64,000 bases of DNA from a virus, in IMG/VR virus record IMGVR_UViG_3300031718_000001, positions 101,086 through 165,085 of that record. One strand, given 5' to 3'. Below, piece by piece: positions 37,687-46,096 of this stretch (position 1 is its first letter; each line of letters opens with the position of its first letter). Position numbers and translations under genes: made by a program. Below the pieces are notes generated by a model, which worked only from the letters and a program-made list of their open reading frames with translations, did not search any database and was not told the DNA's origin.

Positions 37687-38778
37687 GTGACCGGGACAGT
37701 TTCTTTCGTCGTTGACTGCGCGTCCTTCCAGGGCCGCCCCGACTGGGCTCGCGTCGCCGCGGTGTGCATCGGCGGGGCCGAGAAGGTCACCGAGGGCACC
37801 AGCTACATCAATCCGGAGTGGGCTGCTGCCAAGCCCGCCATGCAGGCCCTGCACGGCTTCACCCCGCTGGCTTACCTGTTCCTGGATGCTGTCGAGCCGG
37901 GGGCAGCCCAGGCCCGGTACTTCGCCCAGGCCGCCGGCGAGCTGACCGGTTTCGCCATCGTCGCCGACTTCGAGCGCGCCCCGAACGGCTCCCCCACGCT
38001 CGCCCAGGCCCAGGACGCCGTGGCCGAGCTGCGGCGCCTCTACCCGGGAACTCCCGTCGGCGGCTACTGCCCGCACTGGTACACGGGCGGCGAGGACCTG
38101 ACCTTCATCGACTGGCTGTGGGCCAGCGACTACGTGGACGGCTCCGGCGACCCGGGCATGCTCTACCCGCAGGTCCCGGCCTCCTGGTGGGCGCCGTACG
38201 GCGGCCGGTCCCCGCTGATGCTCCAGTTCACCTCCTCGGCGACCGTGGCCGGCATCGGCGGCCACGCGGACTGCTCGGCCTACCATGGCGACGCCTCGTC
38301 TTTCGCCGCGCACGTGCTCGCGGCATCGTCAGCTACCCCCGTGCTCAGCGAGGCCGCCGCCGGCCCGGCCGTCCGCACCGCGCAGAACCGGCTGAACGCC
38401 TGGGGCTCGCGGCTCACCGTGGACGGCGACTTCGGCGCGATGACCCTGGCGGCCGTCCGGTCCTTCCAGTCCGTCCGCAAGCTCAAGGTCACCGGGGTGA
38501 TCGAGGGGAGTACCTGGGCGGCCCTGCTGAAGGACGCGCCCTCCTCCGGCACTGCCGGGATACCGCGCACCCTCGCCCAGGGAGCTACCGGCTCGGCCGT
38601 GCGCACGCTCCAGGTCCGGCTGGACACGTGGGGCGCCAGGCTCGCCGTGGACGGCGACTTCGGGCTCAGGACCGAGATCGCCGTCCGGTCCTTCCAGCGG
38701 CAGCACGGGCTCCACCCGGATGGCATCGCCGGGGCGGCCACCTGGATCGCCCTGCTGAGGAAACCCCCGGCCAGGTAG
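37687..38778 (+). CDS. Endolysin: GH25 muramidase plus two peptidoglycan-binding domains
   Basis: VDCASFQG, KVTEG, DFE, QFTS GH25 motifs; two VDGDFG..T..AVRSFQ PG_binding_1 repeats. Confidence 0.9.
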   Translation: MTGTVSFVVDCASFQGRPDWARVAAVCIGGAEKVTEGTSYINPEWAAAKPAMQALHGFTPLAYLFLDAVEPGAAQARYFAQAAGELTGFAIVADFERAPNGSPTLAQAQDAVAELRRLYPGTPVGGYCPHWYTGGEDLTFIDWLWASDYVDGSGDPGMLYPQVPASWWAPYGGRSPLMLQFTSSATVAGIGGHADCSAYHGDASSFAAHVLAASSATPVLSEAAAGPAVRTAQNRLNAWGSRLTVDGDFGAMTLAAVRSFQSVRKLKVTGVIEGSTWAALLKDAPSSGTAGIPRTLAQGATGSAVRTLQVRLDTWGARLAVDGDFGLRTEIAVRSFQRQHGLHPDGIAGAATWIALLRKPPAR

Positions 38779-38824
38779 CTATCCCGGTGCCCCCAGGCAG
38801 GCCCCAGAAGGATCAGGAGGACCC

Positions 38825-39019
38825 ATGACCGTGCAGCCCGAGCGCGTGCAGCGCGAGTGCGATGAGTGCCACGAGGTGGACGACCAGCCGCACCACCAGG
38901 TGGTCGTGCCGGAGGAGGGCGGCCTGGTGATGTACAGCCGTCACTTCCGCTGCTGCGTGCGCGTCGGGTGCCCGGACGGAAGCTGCGTCACGATCCTGAA
39001 CAGGAGTGCAGGTGTCTAA
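38825..39019 (+). CDS. Small Cys/His-rich protein
   Basis: CDEC...HFRCC...CPDGSC; RBS and late motif upstream. Confidence 0.65.
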   Translation: MTVQPERVQRECDECHEVDDQPHHQVVVPEEGGLVMYSRHFRCCVRVGCPDGSCVTILNRSAGV

Positions 39020-39404
39020 CCTCGACCAGACGTTCAGCAACAAGCTGCTCAACGCCAGCGTTGGCGGGGCCTTCACTCCGCCGACCACCCCGATCACGTG
39101 CCGGCTGATGACGGCGAACGGCACGAACACCTCCAACGGCACCGAGCTGGCCACTTCGGGCGGGTACACCTCCGGCACGGGTGCTCCCCAGGTGACCTTC
39201 GCCGCTGCCTCCGGCGGGTCGGTGGCCTCCAACGTGGCCGTCACCGTCACCAACATGCCGGCCACGACCATTGTCGGGGTCGAGCTGTGGGACTCCGAGG
39301 GCACGCCGATCCGGCTGTGGTGGGGGCCGCTGACCGCCAGCAAGACCACCAATGCGGGCGACACGTTCACCATCGCGAGCGGGTCGCTCACCCTGGCGAT
39401 GTGA
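39012..39404 (+). CDS. Small virion protein (tail-fibre-associated family)
   Basis: GTE...GGY...LWD...GPLTASKT...GDTFTI..GSL pattern. Confidence 0.65.
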   Translation: MSNLDQTFSNKLLNASVGGAFTPPTTPITCRLMTANGTNTSNGTELATSGGYTSGTGAPQVTFAAASGGSVASNVAVTVTNMPATTIVGVELWDSEGTPIRLWWGPLTASKTTNAGDTFTIASGSLTLAM

Positions 39405-39405
39405 C

Positions 39406-39669
39406 ATGGCGGAGAGCCCGACGACGCTGACCTACCCGCTGGAGACTTCCGCCGACCAGCTCAACGGCGGGAAGACCTTCAGCACGACCACCAACACCTG
39501 GGTGCCGGACGCGGGAGCCGTCGTCCTGGCGGACCCGGCTGCGGCTACCCGGGATCCGGGCGACCCCTATGAGTGCCAGCTCGCGGACGGCACCAGTGCC
39601 GGGTTCACGGACACGACGTATACCCTGACCGCCGCGCAGACCGCGGCCGGGAGCCTGATGGGGGCCTGA
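39406..39669 (+). CDS. Hypothetical protein
   Basis: Coupled ORF MAESPTT... Confidence 0.55.
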   Translation: MAESPTTLTYPLETSADQLNGGKTFSTTTNTWVPDAGAVVLADPAAATRDPGDPYECQLADGTSAGFTDTTYTLTAAQTAAGSLMGA

Positions 39670-39854
39670 TGGCACAGGTGGCTGCACAGGTGTCCCTGGC
39701 CGCGCAGCCCTTTCTGGCCTGCACGGTACTTGCCCAGCGGATCACCATAACCCCGGGTAACGTATCCCCCGATCAGATGGACACCTACGGCTCGCTCGTC
39801 CCTGAGCCCTACGTTGAGGTGCCCGGAGTCATCGACGGCATTTACAGCACCTGA
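39669..39854 (+). CDS. Hypothetical protein
   Basis: TGATG coupling; MAQVAAQVSLAAQP... Confidence 0.55.
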   Translation: MAQVAAQVSLAAQPFLACTVLAQRITITPGNVSPDQMDTYGSLVPEPYVEVPGVIDGIYST

Positions 39855-39868
39855 ACCGGAGGTCTCCC

Positions 39869-40495
39869 ATGGCCCATGCCCAGTCCCTGCCCCCGACGGA
39901 TACCCAGTCCGGCCTGCCGTTCTTTGAGCGCGTCTCCCACGGCTACTCGATGCACCAGGTGGATGACTACATCCGCCAGGCGCTGGCCCGGCTGCATCAG
40001 CAGGAGCAGGATCTCCTCGGCCATGCCGAGCAGCTCGCGACCGCCGCGGTGCACAGCCCGCAGGCCGAGCAGATGATTGACGAGCTGATGAAGCTGGCAC
40101 TCGATGAGATCCTCGGCCAGAAGGCAGCCGCCATCACCGAGGCCGAGCAGTTCCTGTCGTCCGCCCGCCAGGAGGCGGAGCAGATCATCGCCGCGGCCAG
40201 GGACGAGTCGGAGTCCATGGTCTCGGGCGCCCGCGAGCAGTCCGGTTCGCTGCTGGCCGATGCCCGCAGCAGTGCCCGGAAGATGCTTGACGATGCCGCG
40301 AGCCGGGTGGATGAGGCCGAGCAGCACATCGCCGCGCTGGCCAGGACCCACGAGGAGACGCTCTCCCGCCTGGATGAGATCAGCCGGGTGACTACCCGGC
40401 TGCTCGGCTCGGAGCGCGAGCGCGGTCTGCCCGGGTCGGTGTCCGGCGCTGTCCAGGCGAACGCTCCGGCCCAGCTCCTGGCAGCCCCCGAGTAA
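39869..40495 (+). CDS. DivIVA/Wag31-domain coiled-coil protein
   Basis: FERVSHGYSMHQVDDYI matches DivIVA F-x4-GY-x3-(E/Q)VD; followed by AEQ/AR-rich coiled coil. Confidence 0.7.
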   Translation: MAHAQSLPPTDTQSGLPFFERVSHGYSMHQVDDYIRQALARLHQQEQDLLGHAEQLATAAVHSPQAEQMIDELMKLALDEILGQKAAAITEAEQFLSSARQEAEQIIAAARDESESMVSGAREQSGSLLADARSSARKMLDDAASRVDEAEQHIAALARTHEETLSRLDEISRVTTRLLGSERERGLPGSVSGAVQANAPAQLLAAPE

Positions 40496-40497
40496 AA

Positions 40498-40542
40498 GGG
40501 TGGCGGGCCTCCCCCGTAGCCCACGGTGAAAGCCCGCCACCC
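40498..40542. terminator. Hairpin between convergent DivIVA-like and traB genes
   Basis: GGGTGGCGGGC / GCCCGCCACCC stem. Confidence 0.6.
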
Positions 40543-40586
40543 AGCTCGCGGAAGCCTGCCAAGACTATCCCGGCTGGATCTCCATC

Positions 40587-42554
40587 CTAAGCCGCCTGGT
40601 CATCCTGCTTCGGCCCGTACTTCCACCGGCTGTAGTCCGGGTTGTGCACGATGCCCTGGGTCTCGTCGTCCTTCAGCCACCGCTGGACGGTCTCCCGCGC
40701 GACGGTGATCTTCTCGTCGGCCAGCCACTGGTGGAGCTGGGCGGGGGTCGCGCCCCGGGCACCGCGGCCGGCGAGCAGCTCGCGCATCCGCTTCCGTGCC
40801 GGATGCAGCTTGCTCTCCGGGTCCTCGAAGCCGGCGACGATCGCCTCGAACTGGCTGGTGTCCACGTCGGCTACCGCGGTCGCCGTCCGGCCGCTGCCGC
40901 TGAACATCCGGGCCAGTGACGGCTGCTGGGCGGCGCGCACCCAGCGCTCGGTGTAGTCGCTGCCCAGCGAGTCGGCGGTGAGCTTGTCCAGCCGCGGCCG
41001 GATCGACCCGACATCCAGTGTGGTCTGGTAGACAGGGCAGCCGGCAACGCAGCCTTCGTTCTCGTTCTCGCTGCACTCACCTTCCAGGTGGTCGTGCAGG
41101 AAGAACTTGCTCATCATGGAGGCCTTGCGGCCGACCGCGGCCACGCCGACGCCGGGAGTGCTGGCCATCACCGAGAGCTGCTTCTGGGCCATGTGCGCGT
41201 CCGGGATGACATACCGCAGGTCTCCCTCGGTAGCCGCGCCCAGGGCCAGCCGCAGCTTGCACAGGGACTTGAGGTTGCCGCTGCCGGCGAAGTCCACGGT
41301 GCCCCGCTGGGTCGCCCAGATCGAGGTGACCGCTTCCGACCGGGCGAGCTGGACGCCCTCCTCGGCCATGTGGATGAACTGCCGGTTGGTGACGGCATCC
41401 TCGCCGACATCCTTGCGGGTGCCGCGGTCGCCGCCGAACAGGACCGACATCTCATCGCACAGCAGGATGATCTGGGGCATCGAAGCGCTCGGCGTGATCT
41501 TGGATCCGCCGATGCCGGAGTTCATCCTGGTCTCGATCGACTTCTTGAAGGCCGTCATCATGAGGGCGGCCTCCTCGCGGGTGGTGGCTACCCAGTCGAG
41601 CGCGGGCGCCTCGGCGTTGCCCTCGCACCAGGCCTGGAGCCAGGCCTTGACCGTCCGGCCGCCCTTCATGTCGATGGCCCAGATCACGGTGTCCACGCAG
41701 TAGGAGAGCTGCGCCAGGATCACGTTGATCAGGTTGCTCTTGCCGGCGCCCGTGGTCCCGACGATGTACATGTGCAGCTCGCGCAGCGAGATCTTCAGGA
41801 CCGTGCCGTCCTCCTGGACGCCGATCGCGAAGGGCTCGTTGACCGTGCTGGCGTGCAGTTCCTTCTTCAGCGTCGGCGAGTCGATGAGTACTTCATGCTC
41901 GCGCAGCCGCAGGATGATGTCGCCGGAGTGCTCGCCGATCGAGAACTCCACCGCGCCGGGCTTGAGCCGCAGGATGACCGCGATCTGCCCGGCGCAGCCC
42001 TCCAGGGTGGAGAGGGTGATCTTGCCTGACCGGGGGAGCTGGAGCCGGAGCACCCGGCCGGAGCGCTCGCTGGCCAGGCCCAGGACCTGGACGCCGGAGC
42101 AGCCGACCTCGCGGAACATGTGCTCGAACTTGGTCATCTCCTCCTGGAGGTCCTCCTCCGGCGGAGCGCCCGCGGTGAGTTCCTTCGGGGCCGCGGGCTG
42201 GTCGGGGACCAGCCCGGACAGCGCGGCGTGGGCCGAGAGCGGGGCGCAGATGATCATCCCGATGATCCACGCGGTGACCACCCCGGAGTCCCACAGGCGG
42301 GTCATCTCGGCCCACAGGGTCCACAGGCCGAGGTAGAAGCCGAAAAAGGCAATGAATGACGAGATCGCGCCGCGGCCTGTGGACGCCCACACCGACAGGG
42401 CAATGACGATGCCGAGCATCATCTCCACGAGCGGCATAAGCCACAGCGGCAGGCCCGTGCCGGGGAGCACGGCCACGGCTGCGAGCGCGAGGGAACCCAG
42501 GAGGACGACCGTCTCCACGGCGTGCTCCCAGATCCTGCGCTTCTTGTGGCTCAA
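40587..42554 (-). CDS. traB: FtsK/SpoIIIE-family DNA translocase, actinomycete conjugative TraB type
   Basis: Four N-terminal TM helices, Walker A GTTGAGKS, IDMKGG, Walker B ILLCDE, ATQRG, C-terminal winged helix (RETVQRWL). Neighbours are Spd- and TraA-like. Confidence 0.8.
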   Translation of the reverse strand: MSHKKRRIWEHAVETVVLLGSLALAAVAVLPGTGLPLWLMPLVEMMLGIVIALSVWASTGRGAISSFIAFFGFYLGLWTLWAEMTRLWDSGVVTAWIIGMIICAPLSAHAALSGLVPDQPAAPKELTAGAPPEEDLQEEMTKFEHMFREVGCSGVQVLGLASERSGRVLRLQLPRSGKITLSTLEGCAGQIAVILRLKPGAVEFSIGEHSGDIILRLREHEVLIDSPTLKKELHASTVNEPFAIGVQEDGTVLKISLRELHMYIVGTTGAGKSNLINVILAQLSYCVDTVIWAIDMKGGRTVKAWLQAWCEGNAEAPALDWVATTREEAALMMTAFKKSIETRMNSGIGGSKITPSASMPQIILLCDEMSVLFGGDRGTRKDVGEDAVTNRQFIHMAEEGVQLARSEAVTSIWATQRGTVDFAGSGNLKSLCKLRLALGAATEGDLRYVIPDAHMAQKQLSVMASTPGVGVAAVGRKASMMSKFFLHDHLEGECSENENEGCVAGCPVYQTTLDVGSIRPRLDKLTADSLGSDYTERWVRAAQQPSLARMFSGSGRTATAVADVDTSQFEAIVAGFEDPESKLHPARKRMRELLAGRGARGATPAQLHQWLADEKITVARETVQRWLKDDETQGIVHNPDYSRWKYGPKQDDQAA

Positions 42555-42679
42555 GTTCTCTCCCTGGACTGGTGTTCTTTAACATCAGGTGCTCTACGTA
42601 CAACCAGGAAAATATCAAGTTCATTGCTAAGCAGTCAGCAGTGGTACCCTCCGCTCACCCTCCGAGACCCCGGGAGGCG

Positions 42680-42862
42680 GCTCACACCTGTGATCCGGAT
42701 GTGTGACTGTGATCGGCGCTTAGCAAGGTTCCTTGCTGTGACGCAGGTGTGATCCGGTCACACCGGTACAAATCACACTTGTGACTTACCGCAGGTCAGA
42801 AGGTGTGACTGTGATCCGCGAGGCAGGAAACGCCCGGGAAACGGCACGCCGGGGCTGTGACC
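42680..42862. repeat. Cluster of TGTGA(C/T) repeats, candidate clt or operator locus
   Basis: About 12 TGTGA copies on both strands, including GTGTGACTGTGATC twice (42701, 42803). Confidence 0.7.
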
Positions 42863-42864
42863 GG

Positions 42865-42893
42865 TAGACGAATACAGCTTTTCTTGATAATCT
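42865..42893 (+). promoter_or_regulatory. SigA-like promoter containing the early-gene box
   Basis: TAGACG-17 nt (AATACAGCTTTTCTTGA)-TAATCT. Confidence 0.7.
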
Positions 42894-42928
42894 GAATCAA
42901 CTCCGCACCTACTACCGAGGAGGCCAAG

Positions 42929-44056
42929 ATGACCGCCACGGAATCCGTCAAGGCAAACTGGCGTGCATACGCTGCGGCTATCCCCGTGGTCTTTGTCAAC
43001 ACGACCGCGTTTATCGGCCAGTTTGCTTTCCTCCAGGCCCACGTGCGCTGGATTATCCCGGGCATCGTCCTGATTGCCGTCTCGATCGAGAGCGTCGGCA
43101 TCTACTACGCCTTTCACGCCCACCTGGCGATGCTGGCCAACGACTCCGCGATGCGCCTCAAGCTGGCTGCCTACTCTTTCGCGGCCGTGATCGGCGTCAT
43201 GAACTACAGCCACTATGCGGCGCCGCACTGGCGGCCGACCGCGCTGGCCGTGATCATGCTCATCGCCTCGTCCATCTCGCCCTGGCTGTGGGGCGTGCAC
43301 TCACGCCGTGCCAGCCGCGACAAGCTGATGGCACGCAAGCTGGTCGATGAGCACGCTGTCCGGCTCGGCGCCAATCGGTGGACGTGGCACCCGGCACGCT
43401 CGATCCGCGTGACCCGCTGGTCTGCCTGGCACGGCGTCAACGACCCGGCACGCGCCATCGCCCACTTCGCTGACCGGTACGGCACGGCCGACACGGATCC
43501 CGGCGCGCTGGACCGGGCAGCGCTGCGCGTGCCAGCCGCTGTGCCAGCCAGCGAGCCAGAGGCTCTTCCGCTTGGCGCGGCCGTGGCACACGCCATCGAG
43601 AGCGTGCCAGTCGCTGCGGCGGCCATTTCCCCCGTGGCACAGGCCGTGCTCGGCGCGGGTGGCACGCTGGCGAACGGCCCGGCGGCCGTCGTTCCCGAGC
43701 CAGCCGCACAGGTGCTCTCCGCTGATGCCCACCTGGAGGCCGAGGCCAGCCTGTCCGGAGGCAAGCCCACGGCGGAGACCATCGCGAGCGTCGAGCTGTG
43801 GCTGATGGGCGTCGGGCTCGATGACCTGCCCTCTGTCCGCGCCGTGGCGCGGAAGCTGGGCGACCAGAACCAGCGTCGCCTGGCCAGGAAGCTGCTGGAT
43901 GCCCGCGTGGCAGCCGGTACCTCGTTCGTCTCGGCACCCCCGAGCGGACAGATCAATGCCAGCGGGAGCCGCACCCAGGTCAGTGACCAGGGCAACGGAC
44001 TGATCGCCTCCCCGCTGGCCTACCGCCCAGGAGGTGTAAATGGCGGAGACAACTGA
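42929..44056 (+). CDS. Spread (SpdB/DUF2637-like) membrane protein
   Basis: Four N-terminal TM helices, Pro/Ala linker, C-terminal LPSVRAVARKLG HTH-like segment; divergent from traB. Confidence 0.6.
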   Translation: MTATESVKANWRAYAAAIPVVFVNTTAFIGQFAFLQAHVRWIIPGIVLIAVSIESVGIYYAFHAHLAMLANDSAMRLKLAAYSFAAVIGVMNYSHYAAPHWRPTALAVIMLIASSISPWLWGVHSRRASRDKLMARKLVDEHAVRLGANRWTWHPARSIRVTRWSAWHGVNDPARAIAHFADRYGTADTDPGALDRAALRVPAAVPASEPEALPLGAAVAHAIESVPVAAAAISPVAQAVLGAGGTLANGPAAVVPEPAAQVLSADAHLEAEASLSGGKPTAETIASVELWLMGVGLDDLPSVRAVARKLGDQNQRRLARKLLDARVAAGTSFVSAPPSGQINASGSRTQVSDQGNGLIASPLAYRPGGVNGGDN

Positions 44057-45480
44057 GGAGGCAGAGCTGCCGCCGCAGCCCGCTCATCAGGGAGAATACC
44101 GGCGGTCCCCCGCGTCGCGATGGCGGCGCCGGGGGACCGCCAGTGGCTTGCTGACGGCTGGCGGCAGTCTCATGCTTCACATGCTAGGAGGGCCTATGTC
44201 CCTCCTGATCGGCGGCGGCGTGGTGCTCGCCGGAGGAGGCGGGCTGGCCCTGTGGCACCTGCCGAGGATCCGTCACCACCTCAATGACGGCCGCCGGGAG
44301 AAGAAGACCCGCACCAGGACCCGCACCCGCGGGAGCCGGGGCGGGTCACGCGGTGCCAGGGCGGGCCGGGGCGGCCGGCTGTTCGGGGGAGCTGGCACGC
44401 GCCGGGGTGGCACGGCACGCTCTCCTCTGGGCGGCCGTGCCAGGGGTGGCACGGCACGCCGTGCCACCGGGCCGGGTCGCGGGCGTGCCAGCGGCACAGG
44501 AGCCCGGCGCGCTGGCGCGGCACGCGGGCCGCTGGCACGGCGCGCTGGCACGGGCCGTACCGGCACGAGGTCTGGCACAGCGCTCAGGCGGCGCGGTGGC
44601 GCGGCACGTTCCGGGGCTGGCACGGCACGCCGCCGGTCTGGTGGCACGGGAGCGGGGCGCCGCTTCGGACGTACCGCGCCGGCACGCGCCGGCACGCGGT
44701 TCCGTCCCGGCTCGCGCCGGGGCGGGGCATACGGCCGCCGTGGCACAGCGGGCAGCCGCTGGCGTCGCGGTCCAGGTGGCCGGCACGGCCGGACTCGTCC
44801 CGGCAGCCGGGCTCGTCCGGGCGGCCGGGGTACGCGGGCGTACGGACGCCGGTTCGGCATGTTCGGCCGTCGCCGGTCGATGCCGCCGCCCAGGATGCGC
44901 GCTCGCCGGACCAGGAGCGGCCGGGGTGCCGGCTCAGGCGGCGGTCGCCGTCTGGGCTCGGGCCGAAGGATGGGTCGCCGCCGGTTCCTGCTCTTCGGCA
45001 AGCGCAGGCCGGTACGTGCCAGGGTGCGGCGCCCGGCAGCTCATGGCCGGGGCCGGCACGCGGCTGGCGCGCGGTCGAGAATGGGCCGGTTCCGTGCCGC
45101 GCGCTGGCGCCTCCGCAGGCCTCCGGGCAAGTGGATCCCCCGGTTCCGGCGCACCAGGAGTGGCACCAAGCCGATCCGGATGAAGACCGACTTCCGTCGC
45201 GTCCGCGCGATGGGACGCCGGTACCGGCGTGCCAGGTCGCATCTGGGCCGCGCCAGGCGCAGGTTCCACGCTGCCCGGCGCAGGCGTGCCACCTGGCGTG
45301 TCACGCGCCGGTTCTTCCACCGGCTCACCCCCGCCGGCATGCGAGCCAGGCTGGCACGCCGGTTCGGGCACCGGGTGCGGACACGCCGCATGGGAAGGCG
45401 CATGGGCGGCGCGATACTAGGTTCCTTGCTATTCTGGAAATGGCACAGGAGGAGGCGGGCACCAGGTCGGCACGGCGCTG
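43300..45480. repeat. Dense dispersed (T/C)GGCAC(G/A) repeats on both strands within coding DNA
   Basis: Manual count is roughly 45-50 GGCAC/GTGCC, about 22 of them in 44390-44790. Confidence 0.7.
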
Positions 45481-46004
45481 GCGCAAAGCCAGCCACGCCT
45501 GGCGTGAAGTACCGGATCCGGCCTCCGGGGCCAGACCCGCACGACAGCTCAATGCCTCGTCCGGCAGCGGCAGCGGGTCACCGGGAGCCGTTCCCGGGCC
45601 GGTTCGGTGTACCGACAGGGACCAGCTACCCTGCACGACCATCAGGAGGACACAGTTCCATGGCATCACCAATTCAGGATGCGGCCGAGGCCGTTACCGC
45701 GGGGTTCGCCGGGTTCCACCCGGAGAACGCCGCGCAGCTCCGCGGCATGTTCGACGACATGCCGGGGTTCTTCGAGGAGCTGGCCAGTGGCGTAGCCCGG
45801 CTGGCCGAGAAGTTCGACTCGGAACTCCCGGTTGACCGCAGGGTCGCCGAGGGCGTCCGGGAGATGGTCAGCGCGCTAGCCGGCCTGGGCGACCAGGCCA
45901 ATGAGCTGAACGGCCTGTTCAAGGCTGCCCACGAGACCGAGCTGAAGCGGCTCGACGAGCCGCGTCCGCAGGAGGAACTCTGGGACGTGCGCAATAACGA
46001 GTAG
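44040..46004 (+). CDS. Membrane-anchored Arg/Gly-rich protein with C-terminal TraA-like domain
   Basis: N-terminal TM pair, ~400 aa of extremely basic low-complexity sequence, acidic helical C-terminal domain. Confidence 0.6.
   Translation: MAETTEEAELPPQPAHQGEYRRSPASRWRRRGTASGLLTAGGSLMLHMLGGPMSLLIGGGVVLAGGGGLALWHLPRIRHHLNDGRREKKTRTRTRTRGSRGGSRGARAGRGGRLFGGAGTRRGGTARSPLGGRARGGTARRATGPGRGRASGTGARRAGAARGPLARRAGTGRTGTRSGTALRRRGGAARSGAGTARRRSGGTGAGRRFGRTAPARAGTRFRPGSRRGGAYGRRGTAGSRWRRGPGGRHGRTRPGSRARPGGRGTRAYGRRFGMFGRRRSMPPPRMRARRTRSGRGAGSGGGRRLGSGRRMGRRRFLLFGKRRPVRARVRRPAAHGRGRHAAGARSRMGRFRAARWRLRRPPGKWIPRFRRTRSGTKPIRMKTDFRRVRAMGRRYRRARSHLGRARRRFHAARRRRATWRVTRRFFHRLTPAGMRARLARRFGHRVRTRRMGRRMGGAILGSLLFWKWHRRRRAPGRHGAGAKPATPGVKYRIRPPGPDPHDSSMPRPAAAAGHREPFPGRFGVPTGTSYPARPSGGHSSMASPIQDAAEAVTAGFAGFHPENAAQLRGMFDDMPGFFEELASGVARLAEKFDSELPVDRRVAEGVREMVSALAGLGDQANELNGLFKAAHETELKRLDEPRPQEELWDVRNNE
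45660..46004 (+). CDS. Nested in-frame TraA-like protein (114 aa)
   Basis: Internal RBS AGGAGG plus ATG. The ending F..AHE.EL.R..EPR..EE.WDV resembles Streptomyces plasmid TraA as I recall it. Confidence 0.5.
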   Translation: MASPIQDAAEAVTAGFAGFHPENAAQLRGMFDDMPGFFEELASGVARLAEKFDSELPVDRRVAEGVREMVSALAGLGDQANELNGLFKAAHETELKRLDEPRPQEELWDVRNNE

Positions 46005-46015
46005 GCCCCCGGAAC

Positions 46016-46052
46016 CAGCCCGGCCCCGCCTCCCCAGGGGCCGGGCTGTTTT
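46016..46052 (+). terminator. Intrinsic terminator
   Basis: CAGCCCGGCCCC / GGGGCCGGGCTG stem plus TTTT. Confidence 0.8.
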
Positions 46053-46061
46053 CTGACCAGG

Positions 46062-46090
46062 TTGCCCAATACAGCTTTTCTTGCTAAGAT
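46062..46090 (+). promoter_or_regulatory. SigA-like promoter with early-gene box, leaderless ardC
   Basis: TTGCCC-17 nt (AATACAGCTTTTCTTGC)-TAAGAT; ATG follows after 6 nt. Confidence 0.75.
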
Positions 46091-46096
46091 GAACTC

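Noticed and set aside
40587-42554. Type VII secretion EccC or terminase interpretation of the ATPase
   Set aside because: It has a single ATPase domain with N-terminal TMs and a C-terminal wHTH, no WXG100 neighbours and no nuclease domain. TraB/FtsK fits better.
42680-42862. Possible CRISPR array
   Set aside because: Repeats are 5-14 bp, irregularly spaced and in both orientations, with no repeat-spacer periodicity or cas genes.
40500-46060. Integrated AICE or plasmid with att sites
   Set aside because: No integrase, excisionase, Rep or flanking direct repeats were seen by eye, and the block uses the phage promoter box.
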